A stretch of 61,627 nt of DNA, the filler included, from Hausera hauseri (taxonomy: Eukaryota), in NCBI GenBank assembly GCA_046269625.1. It is 10 parts of 10 records of this genome, joined end to end, with 100 filler letters (N's around TTAATTAATTAA, not from the genome) between each part and the next. Parts side by side here need not be neighbours in the genome. Positions count along the whole stretch, not along the records: positions 44,853 to 50,509 come from JBJURY010212077.1; positions 50,610 to 57,352 come from JBJURY010070106.1; positions 57,453 to 61,627 come from JBJURY010719768.1; 7 more parts are not named here. One strand, 5' to 3'. Numbering within the stretch: the first letter of the stretch is position 1; each line of letters opens with the position of its first letter. The translations under genes and the position numbers were made by a program. The notes beneath the pieces are model-generated. The model was not told the DNA's origin and did no database searches. It worked only from the letters and a program-made list of their open reading frames with translations. Positions 50,241 to 61,627 of this stretch are shown here, piece by piece.

Positions 50241-51469
50241 AGTAGGTGAAATGAATCCGGATTTCTAGCACAGAGGTGCAGGGGCTATCCACTTCACGCA
50301 TCATGGGTTACACGCACGCGTCACGTGTGTTACGTCACTGGTTAAGTTATGTGCCTAATCGATCACTTCATCAGTTAAAAGAAAGAAAGAACTTATTAAA
50401 CAACAACAACTGACATATATATTCAGAGGATAATAATAATAATATAGAACACTGAAGTCTTTTTTGTACAATCATTAGTCACAAATCTGTACATCATCAT
50501 CATCATCATNNNNNNNNNNNNNNNNNNNNNNNNNNNNNNNNNNNNNNNNNNNNTTAATTAATTAANNNNNNNNNNNNNNNNNNNNNNNNNNNNNNNNNNN
50601 NNNNNNNNNCCCCCCCGCACGTAGGCCAATAGGTTTCCCTTGCGTTGCCCTGGACTTTAGCGGTAGTTTTGGCTCTGAGTCCTCAACCTGGCAGTGTTTA
50701 AAGAGTGCTGTCTATGAGCTGTCGAAAGCCCCACAGAATCTTGGACTCAATAAGAGCTTGAGTAAAAGAGTCTGAAACTAGGTGCATGATGATTAGGAAA
50801 ATAATGTAATGGAAATATGAACAAAACCATCAACTTCAAGCGATCTTCACAACACCGAGCCTCTTCTGGCTAAGCCCTAAGAAGGGCTGGTGCAACAGTT
50901 GAGCTTTCCTGCGGTCCCGATGGTGTCTAGGAGGTGGACGAAAGTCCTCCAGACTTTAGTGCAATGCTTGGCCTCCTAGAAGTGACCCGCTACTCAAATC
51001 GGGACCATCTCGAACCTCCGCCCATTAGCCGGCAGGTTTCCCTACCGTTGCATGGGGACGACGACGAAGACGTGGGCAGAGGATCTTGACTGACTATGAT
51101 TCGTCAGCCCTGGCACTGTGCATCAGGATCGGCTGTGGGTCGCCGCCCACACAGCACCTCCGTCCCCAATTAATGCGATAAAGCAAGAATACACCGTAAA
51201 GTGTAGATACAATGTTGCAAGAAAATTAAAACAGCAACACCAACACTAGTCAAAATGTGTTGGTGTGATCAAGCTAGAAAACAATGAAATTCCGACTATC
51301 AGTATTTCAAACGCCGATATACTTCAAAATATTAGAAATGCCAGTAATTTAAGGCATTGAGATCTGTCAAGAAATGTCTAAACAAATGGAATTAAAAAAA
51401 CCACTATTATTTCAAAAACCATCAAATCTAAATACATAATTATCTGCTAACAATAACCGATAACTTCCG

Positions 51470-52082
51470 ATGCTTGGTTGTATCACTGTCTTACGCTTCC
51501 AATGGAGACCAATACCAGTGGAAGTACTAATAGCAGATGAAAATAAACTTATTACCTTCCATGCTTACATCAACCCACGAAAAAGAATAGCCAATACGAA
51601 CGAACACTATCACGGATTAACTATGGCAATAATTCAAGAAGACGAAGAATTAGTACGGTACCAAGTAATAAGATATCTTTATGGTTACACAATAATTAGT
51701 GCTAACACAAGCACTATCCCAAAAGCTCTAAAGATACCAATAGACATCTTACATGGAGTATTTAATATTCTTTCTACGCCCAATATTAGAAATCGGTTTA
51801 TCGAAGGTTTAAAAATAAACCTGATCCAATTACCGAAAATGTACAGATTGTCTTATGAGATCCCAAAATCAGCCAAACATCATCCAAGCCATTGTGGATA
51901 TATATATTTCCAATGAAACCTGGGAATGGGACTGGATTCCCCCACCAAATAATTTAATCAATAATGGCTCATTTAGGGAGATTGAAGTCAAATACCATAT
52001 CAATCATAAACTTCAAAAAATCAAAGATAATATACCAACGCCATCGTTCATAATGAAGTTAAAGGATCAAACGGACAAATAA
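51470..52082 (+). pseudogene. DEDDh exonuclease-fold protein, homolog of 44325-44752
   Basis: PIPVEVLIAD..FHAYINP..I.....YHGLT....LYGYTII..LKI; frameshifted C-terminal helix IIQAIVDIY. Confidence 0.55.
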
Positions 52083-53241
52083 AACAAATGGAGAACAGAA
52101 CTAAAACATCGGCAATAGATCTGTCTATCTTAATATTTCGAACTAGCCACCAAATAATCAATGCCCAAGATTTCAATGAACCAGTATCAGTATTCAACCA
52201 GTATAAACAAATTGTACCCAACAATAATTAGGGAAAAGTCATAGGTATAGTGTACAAACACATTAAACATCATACTTTACACCTTGCAGCAATAGGTGCT
52301 CACATAGAGACTGTACAGAATCTCCACCATGAACCGATTTTAACCACTCAGTCAATTCTTACGCAGCTAGATGCTATTCCCATCCCTAAACCAAGATGGG
52401 AAAACATATCAAAATAACATACATGCAGATCAAAATTGAGAATGATCGTCTACTGCAGAAATGAAAATTAAGTAGATAGATATGAAGACATAAGGCCAAC
52501 CCTCCCCCCATGGAAGAAAAGTAACCAATCACAGTTGAACACGTCATCGGTGGTAGGAAAACTGGTCAATGGGAGGACACGTCATCGGGGGCAAGGAAAA
52601 CTGACCAATCCGGCAGCAGTATTCGGTAGCTCCCTAAAGAAATTTTTGGCCTCATTGGGGTTTCGCTATTCCCATCCACGAACAGACTTGCCCCCCCCCC
52701 CCCGAGAAATCGACCCCCCTGCGGAGAACAGAGCATTTGTCGCAAAATCGGTTTTGTCAAAGTAATAACCTACTTATTACCAATATTTCTTCATTTTACA
52801 CAATTATTCAAATATCAAGAAAACACAATTTAACCATGAAATTGTTATTCGTGTTTTATTATAAACTCCTTTTGAACAATGAGGGCAATTGAAATGAATT
52901 TATTTTTTATTATATGGTCAAAATATTATTTCAATTTTCTTTGGAAAGATTCATTTTTCTAAACATGAGATCAAATCTCGTTGAAATGAATAATTCTATA
53001 CATTTTGTAATTGCAATAGAAAATATCAAGCAATTTAACATTTTTATTTAGCATTATTTTTTCAGCTCCACTTCGAATTCCTCTATGTTATTGACTTACA
53101 AGGAACACCATTTTACTTCTAAGTGTAGATTTTGATGAAATTCTGTGTAATTTTGCACGCTGAATTCAAATTTGTAAATTACTTTTGCTCTTATCCAGAA
53201 ATTTCGGACTTCTGAATAATAATATTTGTATAATCGGTATA

Positions 53242-53686
53242 TCTTCCATAAGTAATTCCCTAATTTGAAACCAAACAAACAACATTATGTTTTTAATTAA
53301 GCATATCAATAAAAACCCTAAAGCACAAGCTTTTTTCTATTAGGAAAATACTTTTATTCAATTGCATGGGAATTACAAATAATTTCGAGTTCGATATTGA
53401 AGCAAGAAAAACAAAGTGGTAGATTTGTTCCTCTATGTAAGTAAGTTACTTTATATTACAATAGTATCTTAACAATTGGCATAAGCAAACAAATTTGCAG
53501 CTTAAAAATTATTACAAACTCAAAACGATGTGCAAATAATGTGCTATTGAATAGAAATACTGTTCAAACATAAAACGGTTTGTGCAAAGTTGCATGTACT
53601 ATCTTATGTTGATATGCTCATTATAAATAAAACGTCATGCTTTTGTATATTTCTTGGTTTCAAATTAGGGAATTACTTATGGAAGA
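53242..53686. repeat. Perfect 33-bp inverted repeat pair (MITE-like)
   Basis: TCTTCCATAAGTAATTCCCTAATTTGAAACCAA (53242-53274) and its exact reverse complement (53654-53686). Confidence 0.8.
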
Positions 53687-54093
53687 AGAATTATAAATAA
53701 ATAACTGCATTATTTTTAACTGAAATTAGCTTAAAAATTTACTTTCCTGCAATATACTTATTCTTGATTATTCAAAGCACCTTTCGAAAAAATTGTTGAA
53801 ATATTAAAGATTTAATATAAATATAACTGAAACCATTGCTTAAAACTTGCATAATCTCTTCAAGTTTCATGTTTGTTCTTAGAGTTATTATTGCCAAATC
53901 TTTTGGAAATCCAAAATCTCTTGCTTCTTTAACCAAGTCGTTCTTAATTGCTTTCCACCATGTTACCAACTGAGCAAATGATAATTCGTCAAAATGTTGC
54001 ACTTGTATTAATTGGTCTTGTACATCCATTTTTCATAATGGACATTTTAACATGGGTATTTATACCAGAAATCAGGAAATAGGGTACCCTTGA

Positions 54094-54300
54094 AGGGGCC
54101 AATTTTTGTCTCGAGTGGGGTCAATTTTTATCCCGAAGGGGGTCAATTTTTATGTCCAGGAGGTCAATTTCTATCTCGAGGGCGTCAATTTTCATCCCGA
54201 GGGGGTCAATTTTTATGTCGAGGGGATCTATTTTTATCTCGAGGGGTCAATTTTTATCTCGAGGAGTTCAATTTTTGTATTGAGGGTGGTCAATTTGGGG
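54094..54300. repeat. ~21-bp minisatellite (GAGGGGGTCAATTTTTATCTC-like)
   Basis: About 10 degenerate tandem units. Confidence 0.9.
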
Positions 54301-54821
54301 GTCTTTGTTCTCATTTCTTTGTTCGGGGGTGGGAATAGTGAAATCCAGTGAGGCCCAAAATTTCTTTGTTCTCGGAGGTGGGAATAGTGAAACCCATTTT
54401 GCGCCAGATGTTATTGGGTCTACCGAATACTGCTTTCTGATTGATCAGTTTCCCTTACTCCCTCACCCCCAATGACGTGTCTTCCTCCTATTTGCCAGCT
54501 TTCCTACCCACGATAACGTGTCGCACTGCCATTGGTTACTTTTCTTCCCTGGGGGAGGGGGAGGGGGTTGGCTTCATGTGCTCACATCTATCTACTACCA
54601 GTGATTCCAGTGAAAAACTGTGACCATACCAGCATGATTAGTAGATTGCATCTGTAAGGCTTGAAGATTGCCTTTCTGAATATCAAAACTATCCATAACT
54701 TCATGAAACAGTTTTTTTGTTTATCAGATTATTAAGAATAAGACACAAATAAAATCGACGACAGATGTCCAATCTTACATTCAATACATGCGTGTTCATG
54801 CAACTTGTAATCAAACTCTCT

Positions 54822-55812
54822 TTAACTCCAATCAAATTTGATACTTATGCTAGAAAGAATGTTCAAATACCGAAACCAATCCATTTCTACGACGATATCA
54901 ATATAGACTGGAGTCAATAAGTAAATTAATGCAAGAGATCTCCTAGCTCTATCCAACTCATGGAATACAGTAAGAGCGTCTTCTGGACTAAGACTAGCAC
55001 TTAAGACTGCTCGTCCGAGAGCTGTAGATTGTATCAATCGATTGTTATCATGCAATGTTGATAACATTTCAGAACTTAATACATTATTTTCTGATTTTTC
55101 TTCTATGCAAATCAAGTCACTTTTGACGCAGTCGAGTACCAAATCAGACTTAGAAAAATCAATCATATTGTCACTTATCGTTAAAAATGCCAAAAAATGT
55201 ACTCTGTAAATATGAAACACATTCCCCGACCCTAGTGACAATAGTTTCAAGCAAAGCACGCTTGAGAGCCAATGAATTATTCTGGTCCAAAGCATTTTTA
55301 AGCGGTTTTAATCCGCCTTCAACATCTTTCGTCTTACAAACTAATATGTTTTCCACTTTTAATAATTGAGTATCTAGCCATTGGGCAATGACGTTAAGAT
55401 TGGGAAGTGTAGCACCCATGCCCACCATTTGAATTTTCTTTGCTAAATATTCATCACTATAAAACTTTGAAACAAAGGATATTTTTGTGAACAATAATTT
55501 TAACAAGTACCCTCTGTGACTATCGCCCATTATATGCAGTTCGTCTATTACGACCAAACCCAAATCTCCAAACTTTTTATTATCAATAAGTTTATTAATC
55601 AATCAATTTACCTTTTCTATTGTACAAACGGCAATATCAACAGCATCGAAACCGCCTTTTGGATTTCCATCTCCCATAAAACAACCAATTTTCAGTCCAG
55701 CTCCACCAAAAACTTTTTAAAAATAAATCATCTTTTCTCGTGATACCGACATGTATGGGAGAATGAGCGAAGCCTTTTGTTTAGTTTCCAAAACGCGCTT
55801 AATTAAAATCAA
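54822..55812 (-). pseudogene. POLQ: DNA polymerase theta (POLQ/mus308) helicase-region fragment with internal deletions
   Basis: ILPY.SVSREK, DIAVCTIEK, VVIDELH.MGDSHRGYLL.LL.TK, GM.ATLPNL..A.WL, KRALLE.I, T.LGRAVLSASLSP..AL.VF.EL.RAR, IYLLTP; second RecA domain missing; stops. Confidence 0.8.
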
Positions 55813-57452
55813 TTCAACATCGAGTTTCACCAAAGAGCAGGTTAACAATCTTCGGTTTATTCGACGCACATGTTTTGAGTATCGGGGCAATTAATTCCAT
55901 TTTATTATTTCCAAAACAAATGTCAGTGTAGCCCAAGTATGAACTCAAATGAAGACATGTTTGAACATATAGATCACATAAGTTAGCATCAAGTTTTCGA
56001 AATAGTTTTATTCGTAACTCATCTGTAGCATTTTCTAAGACAGATTGAAACATTTCTGACACCACTGAAATAAATCTGGTATTTGGAAGAAATTGGTGTA
56101 TAGCTAATTCCATTAGAAAAACGAGAAATTAAGAATAACAGGAAACTTTATTTCAACAATTTTTTAAACTGACTAAATCCATTAATTCAATTAACTAAAT
56201 CAATTCCCTTTATACTTTTAGTCTTACAAAAATGAACATGAAATCGACAAAACTAAATCAGAAAGATGATTATGCATATTTAAAATCGGAATTTTCATTC
56301 CAAACTCAATACTGTTGAATTCCAAATGAACATCAGTTTTTTTTAAATCTAACATTTTGTGCTATACTTAATTTTTCTTCTGTAGACGCAAATATACAAA
56401 TTTTTATAAAATACTTTGCACCAAATACAACTTACAACTCGAATAACATTTGATTCAATCATACAAATCTCAATAAAATAGCTGTCTGTTGAGATATATC
56501 ACGTTTATAAAAAATTCAAACGCAAGTAATCAATGAATTGAATGAAGATTTGAATAAGTACCGGAATGTCTCGTTACTGTTGAGTCATTGCAGAAATTGG
56601 TATACTAGTGCAGAAAATCGACTATTTCTAATAAGGACTGTTTTTTTGCCATTTTCCTTAGATAGATTTTGAATTTTTTCGGATGCATTCGATATAATTG
56701 CAGTAAACAATCGTGAGTTTTTTGTCTGGTAGTATTGATTTCAGCGGCAATAGAGCACGACCGCCTTTCACGCGATTGACTATAAGGCGATCACAGTCAA
56801 CTTTGTCAATTGACTAATATTTGTATCATGAAAGTATTGGAAGATTGCCTAGAATCCCAGATTGGAATTCTATATGAATTTCAGGAACAACTATCGATAT
56901 CTTTGTATTTATTGCAGAATTCGGTGCAGTTAGATTGTGGTAGCGCCCGAATCCGCGGCACCACACTACCCCGCGTTACGAAAGTGACACTGTGTTAATG
57001 TAACGAAAGTAAGCAGACAAGGCAGAACGGTGTAAGCGAGCTATTGGGTCTTTGTATGGACAAGACGTTGGATTTTGTCGATATTTTGTTCTCTGCTGTA
57101 TTTGCTGAAAGTGACTGTTTTGCTTTGTTGGACGTGCTGCTTGATTGTATGCTGAGATGATTGTAATGTAGTTGAATTTTGATTTGACATGTCAGCAGAT
57201 TGAGAACTAGTCGGTATGTCACTTTATGTAACTTTTTGAATTGATGCAGGTTTTGAAATAGCAGATTGTTGTGTAGGCGGAATGGAAGAAGAATTGAAGG
57301 AATCAAGAAAGGTTTGTGTAGACTCGGCTGAGGATTCTGGTGTGTCATTAACNNNNNNNNNNNNNNNNNNNNNNNNNNNNNNNNNNNNNNNNNNNNTTAA
57401 TTAATTAANNNNNNNNNNNNNNNNNNNNNNNNNNNNNNNNNNNNNNNNNNNN

Positions 57453-59359
57453 CGTCGAGCTTCATATATACCAACATATAATCCAAAAGACAGCTACAAC
57501 TGTATTTTGACCAAACCAGTTGTGCTTCCTCATAATCTATATCACTAACTGCATCCCATTTCGGTGGTAACTCGTTAATAGACCGCAAGTCACTAAAAGA
57601 TTTGGCTGCAGTATATGAAAAATACCTATTCCCTAAATAATATCAGAAGGAAGAGTCGTTTCTGTCAATGGGTAGCTATCTAATTTGGAGGCTAATGTTT
57701 TGAGTGAAGCGGATAAAAACTGCAACGAGTCGAGATACCGAATAGATACAGACTTTTTGCTGAGCAGCGTATCATTGCTTGCATTGTTAGGAACTTTTCA
57801 GTTGTTTGCGGAATAACACTTAATTCCCAACTTCCGAATTTATTTAATGCGTGTTTTAACATATGATGAACATAATATCCACGCAAAGTATGAAAAATTA
57901 CAGGCAAATTATACCTCATCTTAAGAGCCAAGTTACATTTGTTACAAACTGGACCTAAGCATTTACCCGTAAAATGGCAGCGATCACGATCAAATTTAGT
58001 GCCCTTTTCGTGGCGTAAGTAACATGCTGTAGCATTTTTAAACTGAAACCATTCAGCTGGTGTTAACGGGATCATTGGCTTTTTGGCACTTTCATACCAT
58101 GGGAAAACAAGTTTCTTAACAATTTGCTCTAAAGAGGCGAAAAACGCAACTATGGAATTTTCACACACAAATTGTCTATATTCAACACCTGTTGATAGAA
58201 CTAACAAGAGAACGGCTGCAGCAGGCAAATGAATATGCTTCACTTTATCGTCAGAACACAGAACAAATTCAAAGTCCGCATATACGACAAAAGGCGAATT
58301 TATCGATTTTTTCCAGTTCTTAAACTCACAAAACTTATTTTCTGGCATTATGTACATGCCATGAGCTTGGAAGAAGAATTGTACATTGACAAATGCTTAG
58401 GGTAAGGGGTGTCAAGCCTAAAACTATGTAAACATTTCTCACACACATTTACATTGAATAATAATTTTCTTACTGTCAATATTGAATAAACGCTTAAGGT
58501 TGGGAACAGCAACATAGTGAAAGTGATTATCATTCTCAAAAATTACCAAGTTAACTACGGCTCCATTGGGATTTTTGCTGCTGTACAAAATATCGATTAA
58601 TGATTTTTTTACTATGTCCTCGTCAGAATCCACATCATCTTCCTCATAAAACAAAAAGGCATAAATTGCCAACTGTGGATTCTGCCTCTCATATTTACTT
58701 ATGTTGCATAATTTCATCGGCATGTCATCCAAATAATATTTCAGCTCGCTTAAATAAGGAATGTAATTATTAACTCTATTCCTATGATGATGATAATCAA
58801 AGACAGAATACTTGGTCACTGCCAGAATAAAGTAATAGAAACACAGTTTCCTCGTTTTGTACGTTAATAACGGCCATAGCATTTTTAAAGCTTCAGATGT
58901 TGGAATATAGGACATACCAGACAAGTAGTATAGTGGGCTAGTTTTGACTATATGAAAACACTATTTCAATATTTTAACTACCTTCCACCCTCTACCCATT
59001 TCAGAAAAATTCTCATTTGTCTCCTTTAAACTATCAGCTACAGTTTGTGGAAATGACTGCTCATAAGGAACAGCTCTGTGTACAATATAAGCCTCCTTTG
59101 CATTACACTCAACATTTTCAAACAGAATCTCAAGACCGTATTGAACCTTATAAAACGGCAATTGAGAAGTGCACAAATGTAAAGTAGATAGTATATCATT
59201 AGACGGTCGACGAGAAGTCAGATTGTCAGGTGCAACATCAAAACAAAGCTGGAAATAGTTATTACTAACAACAGATTGTACATCGAGTCTTATTTTCTGT
59301 ATAGGCTTTTTAAACTGTTCGTCAAATTTACGTTTCTTATTTATACTGTGATCCGGCAT
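57453..59359 (-). pseudogene. Polinton/adintovirus-type PolB, N-terminal and exonuclease half
   Basis: GRGWKV, SYIPT, HFHYV, CEKCLHSF, PFVVYADFE, RDRCHFTGK..CNKCNL, FHTLRGY, YMKLD; cut by contig end. Confidence 0.85.
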
Positions 59360-59621
59360 TTTTGTCCCTTTGACTGGTTGTTGTTTATAGATGTAGTTGG
59401 TTGTATTTGCTGATCTGCAACAAATTGTTTGGCCATTTCAATCACTGTGAGGATATAATCGAGAACGGAATATCTAAATTTATATTAAAAACATTTTTGA
59501 ATTTTAAAAATTAGATTTAAAAGTGTAATATTAAAAGCATAATTTAAATTTAGAATTTTTGTTTCCAAGTAAGTATTTTGGATTACAATAAAAATTTTCT
59601 ACAACTCGTGTTTACTTTTCA

Positions 59622-61627
59622 ATGAATAATTTCAAACGATCCAATTCTGATTCTGCAGGCATACCAGAGGGCGGGTATTTTCCATCCCTACCCAAGCTGG
59701 GTGATGACGTGGACGGTGTGGATGCGCACGCTGCCAACGTGGCGACTTACACCACAATGGACATTTTCGCGAACCGATTGTTCCCCAACAAATTCAGGAA
59801 AAGCGAAGACGCTGAGACGTTCATTAAAGGCTGTGAAAAATTCTTTAAATGTATGAACACACAGGCGACGAAACGGGAAATCATGGTTAAATGCATATTG
59901 GAGGAAAATGCATTAGAAAGATACGAGGTAGTTGATGCAGGTATAACGTGTTATCAAAACCAACTACATAAGGCTGTCGCACGACCCTCAACGCTATGAG
60001 AAGATCTAAAAGAAGCGTTAGAGTATAGAATGAATGGAGCGGAACCAGAGGCTTACTTCGAGACAATCGGGACACTTCTGGATAAAGTCATAAAGCACAA
60101 TCTTTCATGCGAGGCTCTGAAAGAAGAACTATTGTTTCAATGTTGTAACAATAGAGAGATGAAAAGAGAAATATGCCTCAGTGACCAACGAGACGCGAAA
60201 ACAATAAAGGAGAAAATACGGAAGATACACGAGGTAAAGATTAAGACAAAATAAGTCAACACGGTTAAGGAGTATCCAGGGATCGGTAGAAGAAGCTACC
60301 AAGAAGTAGCAGCACAAAATGTCAGGAAACCCGTTCCGAGAATCAACGCGACCCCAACTGGAACATCAAATAGTAGATTAAAGTGTTGGACATGCCAGAA
60401 GGAAGTATATACGAGCAGATATTGCACCATACGGAGACCGATAAAATGCTTTGGATGCGGAAAACGACGCATAAGCAGGCAGTGTCCCGAAAGGAAACCA
60501 ATAAGTTGCTACGGATGTGGTAAGGTAGAGCACATCAGACGAAATTGTACCAACCTTAGCTGTGCAATATGTCACCATAAGGGATATTCCGAAAAGGAGT
60601 GCTACACCAGTCTGGAGGGAACAAAAGAACCAGGATGGGATACGTACAGAGCCACAAGTATGGGGATAATGTGAACAGAAGACGGGGAAGTCTCAAACGT
60701 AGAGGAAGAAGAAATAGAATTTGATCAGGAGTCAGTTGCCCCAAATAGGCAGAGCCTTAATAGAAGTGGAGCAAATCGGGGCACTACAATAGATTGAGGC
60801 TCCAAAAATATCGTCATGTATAATGTTAGTAGTATATCAAACAATATAGACGGATCAAGAAAAAGGGAACACGGAGATGTTTTGATGGATAAAAGGACAC
60901 AGGAAAAAGTACGGAAATTTATGAAAGCGGAAAATTTCCAGGAAGTATTCATCAACGGAATGGAGGAAAGTGGGAACTATGCGCAGATCTCCACGCTAGA
61001 CAAACTGTATGTCGAAATATCATACAGGAAGTTTAATCGGCGACCGGAAATTAAATTATAGATACAAGACAGATTGAAAGATTGCTTATTGCACACAGGG
61101 GCCAGGGTAAATGTCATAAGCAAAAAGATCGTGGATAAACTTGCAAACACACATAGAGAAATCAGATACCACACTACCATGAGCGAACAATAGTCCCTTA
61201 GACTGCCTGGGCACACTGACAACAAACGTAGAAATCAAGGGTCTAATGAAACATGTGACATTTCTGGTAGGGTTGGAATTACGCCCAGAAATAATAGGTT
61301 GTGTGGACCTGCAAAAGGCATTCGAAATAGAACCACGATGGAAACGCATTGAAACGGTGAAATTGCAGCAAGATATGCAACTTGGAAGCCAAGTTCGGCC
61401 GTAAGGTAAGTAACCAAGAACGAGTCAACAAGGCAAAGGAAGATTTCAGGTGAGTGACAACAAAGAGATACTCAACATTATACAGAAATACCAAGAGGTA
61501 TTCATGGCCGACAAGTGAGACATAAAATGCACATCTCTCATCAAACACCAAATAGAAACGACAGGAGCGCCGATCAATATCAAACCTCACAGGCAACCAG
61601 TAAACCTAGAAAAAAAGATCGACGAGA
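59622..61627 (+). mobile_element. Degenerate Ty3/Gypsy element (family D): gag, protease, RT start
   Basis: Gag with several Cx2C knuckles (CWTCQKE, CFGCGK, CYGCGKVEHIRRNC, CAICHHKG); CLLHTGARVNVI protease; HQIETTGAPINIKPHRQP. Confidence 0.82.

Noticed and set aside
53772-54029. 85-aa minus-strand ORF
   Set aside because: Protein-like but unassignable; no supporting context
54094-54300. CRISPR-like array
   Set aside because: Units are directly tandem with no unique spacers, no cas genes, eukaryotic context; ORFs 54090 and 54106 are repeat translations
6651-57452. Regularly recurring TTAATTAATTAA palindrome as a biological repeat
   Set aside because: Always centred in exactly 88 Ns; an assembly linker. 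Gene neighbourhoods across it (e.g. B3 next to element C, tubulin next to element C) were not interpreted

Overview
Eukaryotic (invertebrate-animal-like, short-intron) DNA made of ten contigs joined by an artificial 100-bp spacer (44 N + TTAATTAATTAA + 44 N), so adjacency across spacers is not biological evidence. Most of the window is decayed mobile DNA: six Ty3/Gypsy LTR-retrotransposon copies from four families (A, B1-B3, C, D), three Polinton/adintovirus-type protein-primed PolB relics, a Tc1/mariner, a hAT-like transposase, LINE scraps and satellites. It also holds broken host-gene copies (ribophorin I, CYFIP, PIG-O, POLQ) and one intact three-exon alpha-tubulin. Two things stand out. (i) Element C (34530-44752) reads [ubiquitin-like + AT-hook protein]-[chuvirus-like envelope glycoprotein UPSTREAM of pol]-[PR-RT-RH-IN]-[signal peptide/FN3-like repeats/TM protein]-[DEDDh-exonuclease-like domain], and a second homolog of that exonuclease-like domain lies at 51470. 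(ii) Element B3 has a ubiquitin-like domain ending ...LHIHPRIRGG|M fused in frame in front of Gag. All domain calls are by-eye motif recognition, with no database searches; novelty is untested.
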